Shown: positions 35,806-47,146 of the stretch, piece by piece | How positions within the stretch are numbered: the stretch's first letter is position 1 | Layout of the letters: each line of letters starts with the position of its first letter | Assembly: GCA_020891255.1 (NCBI GenBank) | Contig: BQFW01000004.1 | Span: 2,418,001-2,482,000, forward strand | Source: Entomortierella parvispora E1425 | Taxonomy: Eukaryota > Fungi > Mortierellomycota | DNA length: 64,000 bases | Reading direction: 5' to 3' | The notes under the pieces: generated by a model | Databases searched by the model: none | What the model was told of the DNA's origin: nothing | The model's input: the letters and a program-made list of their open reading frames with translations, nothing else | Made by a program: the position numbers and the translations under genes

Positions 35806-37676
35806 ATGAAGTTCTCTCTGAAGGCCGTTGCCCTCGGCGCCCTGTTCGCCTCGGTTGCCGTTGCTGCACCCATCGAGGTTGAGAAGCGTGATGCCAACTC
35901 TGACCGTATCGCTGCCTGCTTTATCAAGTAAGGAAGAGCACCATCGCTTTCATACAACTCCCCGCAAATCTCTGCACAACATCAATTACAGGCACAAAGA
36001 ACCACACCCTGGACGCCGTTGGAATGCACGCAGCGCACGGAATAGATTACCTCTCCTCCCTCGCCCTCGTCTGTTGTGTCTTGTCCTCCAGTTGCACTTG
36101 CTGACGAATCTACTTCTTGTTCCCCTATGTGCCCATAGCCTCATCTTCACTGGTTCTTGGCCAGGAAGCTGCCAGGCTGCCGTCGCCGTAAGTCATTGCT
36201 TCCCCTCTTGCAACTCTTGTCAGTTTGATAGATATGTATATTGTGCTGACAATGTTTCATTCTTCGTCCCTGTCCTGGCGTCTCGCTGTCATACTTGGCC
36301 ATGCCCAACTGAATTTCTTTCCTCAGGTTAACATTGGCTTGATCAAGACCATCACCATCAACCAGATGTCCATGGACTTTACCCCCGCCAATGCCTGGGC
36401 CCCCACGACCTCATCCAACAGTGTTGTTGCCACGATGCTCTCCATCCCTGGTATCACTCTGCCCATCGACTCTGTCCGCCAGCACATCATCTTGGTTGAC
36501 AACGGTGTTCAGCTTGGCAACATTGATACGCCATGGAGTGCTGCCAGCGTCAACGGTGGTACTTTGACCACCTCGTTCAGTTCCTCCACCTTGAACGTCT
36601 TCTCGAACGCCCATGACGCCTTCTCCAAGTTTGTTAGCGCTTTGTCCACCACGGCTTCGCACCCAGTCACACTCAAGGGAGCTGTGGACGTCAAGTTGAA
36701 CTTGGGCTGGTTCGGTCACTTGACTATCCCCGGTATTGGATTCCAGGCCACGACCAACTTCCAGGGACTGAACAACTTGCAGGGTATGAAGTACATCTTC
36801 CAGGTCAACTCTGATTTCATGACCATGCCCGGTGCCATCTTGCTCTCGTCGATCATCAAGATCAACAACCCCACCAACTTGAGCTTGAAGCTCGGCAAGA
36901 TCGTGTTGGCCACGGCCTCTGGTTCCGGTCCCGTGGGTAACTCGACCATTGACTCATTGAGCTTGGTCCCTGGTGACAACTTGGTGGTGTCCACCACGGC
37001 CTTGGACCAGAGCTTGCCTGCAGGCGCAAGCTTCTTGGGTGACCTCTTTGGAGGCAAGGACCAGACCTTGGTCTTGACCGGTTATGACAAGACCTCGACC
37101 AACGCCGCCTTGAACGCTGGCTTGGCCGCCATGAAGTCCAACCTGTTCATCCCCGGTGGATTGGCTGGATTGTCCATCTCTCAGCCTCCTTACCTGAACT
37201 GGTCCTTGAAGACCACCCCCACGACCAACACGGATTTGATCCTCAAGGCCACCGCCACGTTCCAGTCGCCCTACTATGGTTTCCCCTTGCAGATGGTCTC
37301 GCCCGGACCCAACTTCTCCATGGCCCAGATCATCAACGTCTCGTTCCAGGCTGACGGTGCGACCTTGTTCAACTTCTTGGATGACTTGACCTACAACGTC
37401 CAGGGAAGCGGTCAGGTCACCGCCACGTTCTCGGTCTTGATCAAGAACACCCCCTTCACCAAGGATGAGAAGCCCATCTGGCAGGATATTGTCAACTATG
37501 GAAAGGCCCACGGCGCGATCCCCGTCAACTTCCAGTTCGTGGCTCAGATGATCTTCAACAACAACGGTATTGTTCAGGACTTTGATCTGTCCAACTCTGC
37601 CTTGGAATTGGACCCCACCAACGTCGCCGTCGGCGCCGACTTTGAGTCCATCCTCAACGCCTTCCCCTCCGCTTAA
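35806..37676 (+). CDS. Secreted DUF3712-like beta-rich protein, paralog B (3 exons)
   Basis: Same signal peptide, KR site, intron positions and domain motifs as 32279-33962. Confidence 0.8.
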
Positions 37677-38122
37677 ATCCTTTCCATTTCATCCCGTCCA
37701 TCCACCCATCCCCTCCAATGAAAGAAGCCATCTTTTGCTGGCTACGGCTAGAAATAAAAAAAAAAAAACTTCTATGCCCATCCTACCTTTTTCACGCGAC
37801 AGCCTTGTTCGCGACTAGTTTTTTGTTCATTCGTCTATCCCCTGTGCCACAGCTCCCAATCTTCTCCACAAGCTTGCGCGTGTTGTTATCTAATACCAAA
37901 CGCTGGATAGCCGGCACTATGGGCACTTTGCTTTTTTTTTTGTTTTTTGAGGAATATTCGATCGCCAGTGAGAGAGAAACTGTTGGATAAAAAGAATGGG
38001 CATTCGGTGGAGTCAGACGTATGGAAAAATATAACCCACGATCATGTCGTTGGTGTCCTCCAAAGCCTGAAAGACAGGAGAGCACAAAAGAAGAAAAAAA
38101 AAAAAATGAAAAGTCAAAAGAT

Positions 38123-38195
38123 TGGAGAACCTGGGCATCGATCCCAGTGCCTCTCGCATGCTAAGCGAGCGCTCTACCATTTGAGCTAGATCCCC
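38123..38195 (-). tRNA. tRNA-Ala(AGC)
   Basis: Reverse complement reads GGGGATCTAGCTCAAATGGTAGAGCG CTCGC-TTAGCAT-GCGAG AGGCA CTGGG-ATCGATG-CCCAG GTTCTCCA. It has a G3:U70 pair and a T-rich terminator. Confidence 0.96.
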
Positions 38196-39966
38196 TGATC
38201 AGATCACATGATCCTGACCTGATTGGTCAGTTTTTGTAGATCTTTGATGATAGATTTTTTTCTCTGCGGTATATGAATCCATGATAAGAATATTAAAATG
38301 AGGCAATTCCCAAAAAATGTGGGGTTTTCCGCCGAAAATACGAAAAAAAACATCATAACATAGCAGTAGAGTGGTCTTGCATCGATGAAGAGAGAAGGAG
38401 TTATCGGGAAAAAATTGGGACCTTAAGGGATGAAAAAAAGTGATTATATTTTCAGATGATTAGAGTATGGGTGACGAAAAGCTGAGAGTGAGAAGCAGGA
38501 GGTAGGGTGAGGTGCTAGAATTGCTTGAACTTGGCCAAGAAAACAGAAGGGAGGTATACTCGAGAGATGCTTATTGTGTAAGAATCAGTTCAGCAAGATG
38601 TACCCCCCCCCCCCCCAAAAAAAAACTCCCGAGGAACAAAGCGTATGAAAGAGCCGATAGTGCAGTAAAGGACCAGAGGGCCGTTGAATTTATGGAGAGG
38701 AGAGAGGGAGGGAGGAGAAGATTGTTTATTCCATTTGTTATACGAGCTATTCATCTATTCGTAGCCTGCCAAGTTTCAGAGCAGACGCGTCTTGAGAACT
38801 ATGGTAGGCCGGGCTATCGCGCTCACTAAGACGTACGGCTCGTAAGAAAGGGCGCAATGGAGGGTAATGCAAAGATAAACGTGACAGGAGTTGATGTAAG
38901 CTGCTTTGAAGAGATTAGACAGAGGTAACCTTGCACCCGCCCAATGAAAAAAAATGTTTGTTATTGGGATGTGTTCATGTCTTTTTTTTTTTTTTGTTTT
39001 GAGAAATGAAATGAAATGAAGTGGTGCCTTTTTTTTTCAAAGGGGAAGATCAAGGGAGTTGGGCCAGGACATTAAATGGCGAATAGTAAGGGAAATCAGG
39101 GTGTACTGGGGTAGAGCAGATGTGAAAGAGAAAAAGAGGGGGGAAAAGATATTGAAGGGGGAAGTGCACGCTACACGAAGGCGGAGGTCTGAATTTCTTC
39201 TTGGTGGCAAAAGCTCTTCTCGGGAAAAAGTGGCTGGAGTCGAAAAAAAAACGATGAGAAAAATGGTTCCTGCTGGGTAATGAGGACAGTCCCCAAAGAG
39301 CCTGCACAAGTCCCATGCAACAGCCCCCATGTGTGCCTGAGTTTGAAAGTAGAAAAAAAAAAGAACTTACTCTTCGTCCTTCGAAGCTGTCTGTGCCTCC
39401 ATCCTCTCGTTTCCATCTCTTCATTCACTCACTCACTCATTTGTGCATTCAATTATACCTTGTCCTCTCTGATCAAGGTAAAAGAACCTCTGTCCTCCTC
39501 TCCTCTTTTTGGCTGGATTCCCCCCCCCCCCCCTTCTTTTTGAACCGTGCACCAGTGCTCTATAGTGTACAGGCATGTACATACTGTAGAGAGATACTCA
39601 CCCGAAGCATCCTCCGCTTTTGCTTTACCCTGCAGATTCTTCTCCATCCTTACTTCCAGCAAGCTTCGATTGTCTTTTGCCCGATTTTGTCGATCTTCGC
39701 TCGTCCCTTTGAGTAGGTAATACTTGGGCCTCGGTACCGGCAATTTTATATTTGACTCGGCCCTATTTCCTTCTCTGCGTCCTAACGATCTAGTCGACTT
39801 TGCCCCCCCGCCCCCTTTATTTTGGGCTAGATTTCTATTCGTGCTCACCGCAAAGTAACAGCCAAAGAACAACCGCATCCGCCAACGGACGAGCGACACT
39901 CAACAGCAACAACAAACCCATTTGCTCTCAACGGAATGGATCCACTATCCGAATAATTTCTTGGAG

Positions 39967-40706
39967 ATGCCGTTTACTCTCAAGAACAAGGTGGTGCTGG
40001 CAGCCATCATCCTTATGATCACCATCGCCCTGGCTTTACCAATCGCCTTTCTTAGAATGGAGTGGTCTTTCAAGGATCTGGCTTCCTCGTATTCCTCGTA
40101 TTCCTACGCTCGCTCACCATCACACGACCGGCCCAGAATCCTACGGAGTCAGGTCACAAAGTCAGGTACCAGATACACTGCCTTTGTATACAAGTCTTGT
40201 GCTGAGACGTTCTCGTTCGGATATACCTGGTTCACAACTGAGGCTTTTGATGTCGTCTGCGATACCTTGGACAAATCCCCCTTGTGCACCGTCAACATCG
40301 AGAACTCGAAAGGCTATGAACTCTTGGGCGAAAAGTCATTGAACCTCTGGAAGTTGGTCCATTCGACCGAGGATTCAGAAGAGATTATTGTCAAGATTGA
40401 TGACGACACCATGATTCAAAAGCAGGTCATGGACGTTTGTACATGTTCAAGAAGAGGGCCTTGCCCCCCACCGGTCATTTGCGCTGGTCCAACGCCACGG
40501 CCTTCAACAAGTTTGAGGATGCTCAGATCGGTTACTTGCTCGGCGTCAATGATGTCAAAAAGATCTGCGATATAGACACTGACAAGTTCTGGCACGCGGG
40601 CTTTGAGGATAACAGAGTCAAGATTGAGTTCAAGTATCTGTCCTCCTCATGCGAGCAGCCTTCCATGACAGAGGAAGAGTCCAAGACCCAGGAGCAGGCA
40701 CCCTAG
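39967..40706 (+). pseudogene. Type II membrane glycosyltransferase (GT31/Fringe-like), frameshifted at about 40431
   Basis: N-terminal TM anchor and IIVKIDDDT (DxD) motif in frame 1. GRLYMF and FEDAQIGYLL follow in frame 3 with no usable intron between them. Confidence 0.6.
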
Positions 40707-41049
40707 GCAGAATAGACCTCTTTTCTCTGTTTTTTTCACTCCCACTACCACATAATAATATAGCCTGTCTCACAACTTCAGCAACAAAGAACTTCAAGGA
40801 TGATACTTTTTGTTTAATTTATAGATGGATGAGATAGATGGTGGGGGTTGGGACAGATAACAAACAGAGCGGGCAACTGGCCATTGGATTAGGGCGGAAT
40901 AGGGTTGTAAAGACAAAGGTGATGAAAGGGTATGAGAAAAAAAAAGTGAATAAAACCGGAAAACAGCAAAGATATCAAAAGTACAACGGAACTATATAAA
41001 AGAGAGTGAACGGCGAGGGGATAGATACACAGCTTGGTATTTGTTTTTT

Positions 41050-42491
41050 CTAAAGCTTCAATTCAGTGCCAAAGACCCTAGGAAAGGCGAATGCAGGAAA
41101 AACAACCAGGTTAGTACTAGGCACGACATGGGAACCAATCTGGAAAGATTTGAGCAGTTTTGAGGAGGAGGAGGAGGCTCTTCACTTACTTGTCCCAGAC
41201 TTTGGAAGTGATACCGTAACCGCCCTCATAGTCGCCATAGTGGTGCTTCAAGTGGTAGGTCTTCATCTCCTTGAAGTGGAACTTGAAGGGCCGAGCATGG
41301 TGCAGGTAGTAGTGGCACATATCGTAGAGAACATAGCCAAAGAACAATCCCGAGATACCGGCGTAGGCTTGAGGCTCAGGGAGGAGCGTGTGGGCCATCT
41401 TGTTGAGCGGGATGGCCAGTGCAACAGCCAGGGCGGGGGGCATCACAAGTCTCAGTCTATCGCGCACATTTGGACAATTGCACCATTGCGCAGAGCAAGA
41501 AAAAAAAAAAAGGGTACAGTAGAAGAAGAGAGCGGAGTCAAAGTCAGTAAATAGAAAAAAAAAACCAGTGTCACCCTCTCTCGGCTCCCATCTTGCCGAA
41601 GATCTTTTCAACTGTAAAAAGTAAAAAGAAACAAAAGCCAAAAAGCAAACACAAGGCACAATACCTGTCCATGGGGAGATAGTGATGGATTCCATGGAGC
41701 AAGAAGTGGGCAACCAGCCAGGCCGACGAATCCGGCAGCATGTCATCGACGTGGAAGAGGAACCGATGGATCATATACTCGGCAAATGTCCAGAAGATCA
41801 TGCCCCCGAAGAAGATCGTGGCCGATTGATCTGTCGTCAGGCCGGCCTCCAGACTCTTGTTCACATTGTACGCGATAATTGGCAGCCAAAAGATTGGAAT
41901 CATGTACCAGGGAGTCTTGGTGAACACTTCCAAAAAGGGCGATCCAAAGATCTTCGCCGAGCCAACAACGTGGCGTGGGATGTGAACCTGCTCCAAATAG
42001 AAGGACTTGCTGTAGTTACAGTTCCAGAGCTGCCACAAAAGCGGTTGGCTAAGGTCGAGGAACTTTGTCTTCTTGTCCGCAACCAGGTCTGTTGGCTTGT
42101 GGTAGTCGTCTTCCTCCTCTGTAGTGGATATCGTGGTTGTGGTGACAGCAGTCTTGCCTCCCGTGGTCACAGTAGCAGTTGATGTGGACCGCTTGTGAAG
42201 GACAGAGCTGTCATTGAGTGAGACAGAGGTCGTGCCTGTGGGGCCGGTCAAGGTACCGACGAGGAACTCTTCCATCATCTCGTAGGCGCCTTCGGTGTGA
42301 AAGTGCGAGAGTTCGTCCTTCATGATCATGGTGACGTCCTGGCCTGCATGGTCGAGAATGTATTCTTCGCCGCCTGGATGGTCCACGACAAAGGAGGTCA
42401 TATCATAGACGTTGTTGTTGTGGATAACCCAGCACGAGTCCTCAGAGGAGTGACGCTGTACCTCTTCGCGAGAATATGTTTGCGAGGCCAT
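41050..42491 (-). CDS. SCS7: Sphingolipid fatty-acid 2-hydroxylase with N-terminal cytochrome b5 domain, 3 exons
   Basis: HPGG heme motif, FLDLSQPLLWQ, histidine boxes HRFLFH, HGIHH, HYYLHH and HLKHH, and GYGITSKVWDKVFGT. Confidence 0.96.
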
Positions 42492-43376
42492 CTTGGGTAA
42501 CTTGTTTGCGTTTAAATGTCGCCGGGATGTGAGAGGGTGTGTTGGGTATTGGGCAATTGAGAGAAGAGGTGGAAGGGGAGAAGGAGAAAAAGAGAGAGAG
42601 GAAAAAAAGAGGAGTCAGTAGGAGGAGTTAAAAGGGAAGAAAGGAATTGAGGGGTGGCGAAAAGAAAAAAAAACGCAGCAGCGCAGTTGACCAAAAAAAC
42701 AGTGAACAGGAAATCCACTTTGTTGCCCTTGACGTTGCACAGTTGCACAGTCCGGTGGTCGGAGACCGGTGCTCTCCATTGTTGTTGGCCCGAATGGGAC
42801 ATTATGACCCGCTGGCAAGGGAGAAACAACATGAGAGCACTTTTCAACTTTAGTCACCCCTGCCTGGCGGCTTATCCGTTTTCCCTTTTGTGAACTGCTG
42901 CCGTTGTTGCTCTTTGGTGGTGCAGATTTGCATGTGGGTACGACATGTAGTTTCTCGGACGGGATGAAGGGAGCTTTTGTTGTGGAGGGAGATCGTCACT
43001 ATGAGAAAAAAGCGCGTCCAGTTTTTCAATAGCAGTGATGATTGTCCACATGTATGCCAAGGCTAATATGGCATATGTGAGTGTGCAGGTGCACAGCCAC
43101 GGTGTCCACGCTAACCTACGCTACGACCATGCAAAAGTAGACGGATCAAACGGCCAAGAAAAACCCAACAGCCCTTTCAAAGGCCAAGAGAACGACGACA
43201 TGGCGCAAGGAAAAGACAGCCGCACGCTGCGCGTGGATAAAACTGTTCGCTTCCCCCGGTCTCAGTTCCACTTTTTTTTCTCTCCATTCCTGCAAATTTT
43301 ACTTTGTACCATCCATCGTCTTTACCCCACTTCTCAACCAACCACACCCACCAAAACATATACACATCGGTCCATC

Positions 43377-44991
43377 ATGTCGATGAAGAAAGGCATTAAG
43401 CTGAATAGCCCGCTGCCAAAAGATCTTGCTGGTAAAAACATGAAGAAACATGCACGGAGTTCGTGCACGATGATGGTGCTGCACATGAGCATGCCTCTGT
43501 TCAATCCGTCGTTGACCGATTACCCTTCCTCCTGTCGATAGGTGAATGCAAAAAGGCCTCCAAGATCCTCAATGCCTTTATTGGTAAGTGAATCCCCCTC
43601 CCCTTCCTCAGCAAGAAGGATGAAAACAAGAAATGACAAGCAATCGCTTGATCGGTCAGCAGGCAAATAATTTAACCCACGAAGTCTTGTTTTTTTCACA
43701 CGACCAACATCATATCCCGTCTGTTATCAGATCCCGTTGCCGCCAAAGGTCTAGACAATATCATCCCTGCCAACATTCTCTCCAAAGCGAAAGGTCTCGC
43801 CATTTTCACCGTTATTAAGGCCGGCTTTATGTTTTCTGGTCGAGCTGGAACAGGCGTGGTGGTCGCTCGACTGGAGGACGGTTCTTGGTCAGCACCTTCG
43901 GCTATCGGCACAGGAGGCATGGGCTTTGGTGGCCAGATCGGTGCCGAGATCACAGACTTTGTCATGGTCCTCAACAGTCGAGAGGCTGTCAAGTCATTTA
44001 CAACCGGAGGCAATATCACCCTTGGTGGAAACCTGTCAGGTAAGAAAACCGCACCATGAGGCATTTTTTTTTCTGTTCAGATTGAAAAGTCAAACGAGAG
44101 ATTTACACGCTGCCTACCGATTCACTTGGACCTTTAAAACAAAACAAAACAAAAGTTGCTGCTGGACCTATTGGAAGGACGGCAGAAGCAGGAGCATCCG
44201 CAACGGTGGGCAGTATAGCAGCCATCTACAGTTACTCAAAGACCAAGGGACTTTTTGCTGGAGTTTCCATTGAAGGATCGGTGATTGTGGAGCGCAAGGA
44301 CACCAACGAGGCTTTTTACCGTCAACCTTACACCGCAGCTCAGCTCCTCAGTGGCGTTGTTCCTCCCCCACCCGAGGCAGAGGTCCTCTATCGAGCCTTG
44401 GATTTGAAGGCCTCAAGGGCAGGCTATGGAGGAGATTCGCCCAGTGGGTCAGCACATGGTGGCGATTTCTATCACAGTTCCTACACCGGCTCGCCTTCAT
44501 CTCATCTCAACCGCAATACCAGCACCTCCAGCGCGGGACGTTTCGCCAGTCCTCAACAACATGGATATCAGTCTTTTGAGAACAATGGTTACAACAGCAA
44601 TAACGGCAACCCCAATATTGGACGGAATCGCACTTCCACAAGCACAGGGAACTATGGACCTTATGGATCAGATAACAAGTCTCGACAGCTGCACGACGAG
44701 AGTGCAGCAGCTGTTGGAGCCAATACTCATGACGATCCTGCTCCCCGATACACACCTACGGCTACCAGTAATCCGTTCCAGGACCGTGCTCCTCCTGCGC
44801 CACCAAGAATGACGGCCAAGCCTGAACTCTTGACCGCCATGTACGACTTTGTGGGCGAGCAGGCAACAGATCTATCGTTCAAAAAGGGAGATCGGATCAC
44901 GGTTGTCAAGAAAACAGATAGTACTAATGACTGGTGGACAGGAAGGATTGGCACAAGGGAAGGCTCTTTCCCAAGGAACTATTGTCAATAA
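43377..44991 (+). CDS. YSC84: Ysc84/Lsb3/SH3YL1 actin-binding protein (SYLF domain plus C-terminal SH3), multi-exon
   Basis: LNSPLP..IIP..AKGLAIFTVIKAGFMFSGRAGTGVVVARL..WSAPSAI..GGQIGAE..GLFAGVSIEG; SH3 AMYDFVGEQATDLSFKKGD..WW.G..GSFPRNY. Confidence 0.95.
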
Positions 44992-45187
44992 GGTCAACTT
45001 CTCATCTACATACTCCACAAGTTCATTATTGTTCATATTCCACATTGTAATAAAAGCTATGCATCGGTTGATTCACCACTAAGGACTCATTGAAAAGGGA
45101 GCAATAGTTCTTATTATTCTTCCAAGAACAGCCCGTTTTGTTTGGACTGTGATAAAGCTCATTTTATTATAAAATGTCTGAGGAGAT

Positions 45188-47146
45188 TTAGAAACCGACG
45201 GACCAGACGCGGATGAGGGAGTCAGAGTATCCGGCGAAGAGGGTCTGACCATCAGCAGACCAGGCCAAGGAGACAGCCTGGGGAGGGTTGGACTTCTTGC
45301 CGACGTGGGCGAACTCGGGCTTGAGCTCATCGACGACGGACTTGGACTCCAAGTCCCAGATCTTGATGCAGGACGAGGTAGCAGCGCACAACCAGTAACG
45401 GTTGGGGGAGAAGACCAAAGCGTTGATGATATCATCACCCTTGCCCTCCAAGGAGTACAAGTGCTTGCCCTCGTTCAAGTCCCAGAGCATGGTGATACCA
45501 TCACGGCCACCGGAAGCGCAAAGGGAACCATCGGGGGAAACGGTGACGGTGTTAATGTAACCGGAGTGACCGATGTGGTTGGAGCGCAGCTTGCACTTGG
45601 TAAGCTCCCAGACCTAAACATCATATTTCCCAATTGCAGAATGAATACGTTAGAGCACTGGTTCACTATCGCACATTGGTCCGTAATGTCAAAAGAGCCA
45701 TCCTCCTCAAGAGTTTGGATTGTTGGGATCGAGTCAGAAATTTCCAGTGGAAGATTTGTCTCATTGGTAGGTTGCGACGCCCCCTCTGAAGTAGCAAATA
45801 TAATAGACATCATTCGAGTCCCAACAATCATTCTCTTGAGAGAAGTCCCTTCAATAGAGTGGCAAGAAAAAGAAAGAAAAGCAGAGTGATTGTTTACCTT
45901 GACGACCTTGTCCCAGCCTCCGGAAACGATGACGGGGTTGGCGGGGTTGGGGGAGAAGCGGACGCAGGAGACCCACTCGGTGTGGCCATCCTCCTGGATG
46001 GTGAACTTGCACTCACCGAGGGTGTTCCAGAGCTTGATGGTCTTGTCACGGGATCCGGAAACGATCTGACGGTTATCGGCAGAGAAAGAGACCGAGAGGA
46101 CATCGTTGGTGTGGCCAACGAAGCGACGGGTGGTCAAACCGGTGTTGAGGTCCCAGAGACGGAGGGTCTTGTCCCAGGAGGCGGACAAAGCGAACTGACC
46201 ATCGGAGGAGATGACAACATCCTGGACGGCAGAGTTGTGTCCGTGGAGGGACTTCTTGGGGATACCGAAGTTACCCTCATCATCACGAACCAAGTTCCAG
46301 ACGATGATGGACTTGTCTGAAAGGTGAAAGAAAAGATGAAAGCAATTAATGTCAGAGTTGCGATGTTGAAGGTTTTGAGTATATCGGCTGCATAGAACCA
46401 TCCAGTCATTCAGGTCCAAGTCAAGATATGCGAAGTCCACGGAATTGCTCTCATAGAGAGATCCAATTCATATCCCCATGTCTTCCTGCTCCAGCAATTG
46501 GCTGTTCTGATGGCGCCTTTTACATACCACGGGAAGAGGACAAGATCATATCGGGGGACTCAGCGGTGGTGGCGATGGCGGTGACCCAGTCGCGATGACC
46601 TATTGGTAAAAGATGAAGATAAGGTGTTAGACTCTTTTCAAACCATACTGACAGTCTATTTCCCCTGTACATGTTGGTGGCAATGGTGGCGAGGGTGGTT
46701 GGATATGGCAGTTCCTGCGTTAGATCCCTTGGCTGTCGGCTGTTTGGGAAAATATCCTTCGGCAGATCGTCTTCAACAGGCAAGTAGTTTGATTGATGAT
46801 GGCTGGTTGTAGAGATTATGGACAGATCTCGCGCCAATTGGATCGTAGTATTGACTGAAAAAAGATGTCGGGTCAAAGACAATGGAGGATAGGAGACCAT
46901 TTCTACAGAGATGGATCATCCTTCCTGTCATGTCTGAATCAAGTCCAAAAAAATAGGTTCTGTATCCATCGATAGCCGAGAGAGACAAGATCCATCGATC
47001 ATCCATCCGAGTCGGATCCAGCTCCAACGAACACCAATATCCAGCCCAGTCCCGACGCAATCATCCGTGGTGCAGAACTGAAGCAAGAGCTGATGGGGAG
47101 ACGAACCAGCGAGCGTTCCGCGGAAGTGCAAGGAATCAGCAGACAT
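45188..47146 (-). CDS. ASC1: RACK1/Asc1/Cpc2 WD40 ribosomal scaffold protein, 4 exons
   Basis: [74 protein letters not shown]. Confidence 0.98.
45720..45827 (-). ncRNA. snR24: Box C/D snoRNA U24/snR24 homolog in RACK1 intron 3
   Basis: Minus strand: terminal stem TTGTTGGGA/TCCCAACAA, box C ATGATGT, guide ATATTTGCTACTT then D' CAGA (matches yeast snR24 as I recall it, antisense to LSU AGUAGCAAAUAU), C' ATGAGA, box D CTGA. Yeast snR24 is also hosted in ASC1. Confidence 0.9.

Noticed and set aside
46600-47106. Long RACK1 intron 1 as a host for a box C/D snoRNA (several ATGAT motifs)
   Set aside because: I found no box D (CTGA) on the sense strand downstream of these motifs and no clear terminal stem.
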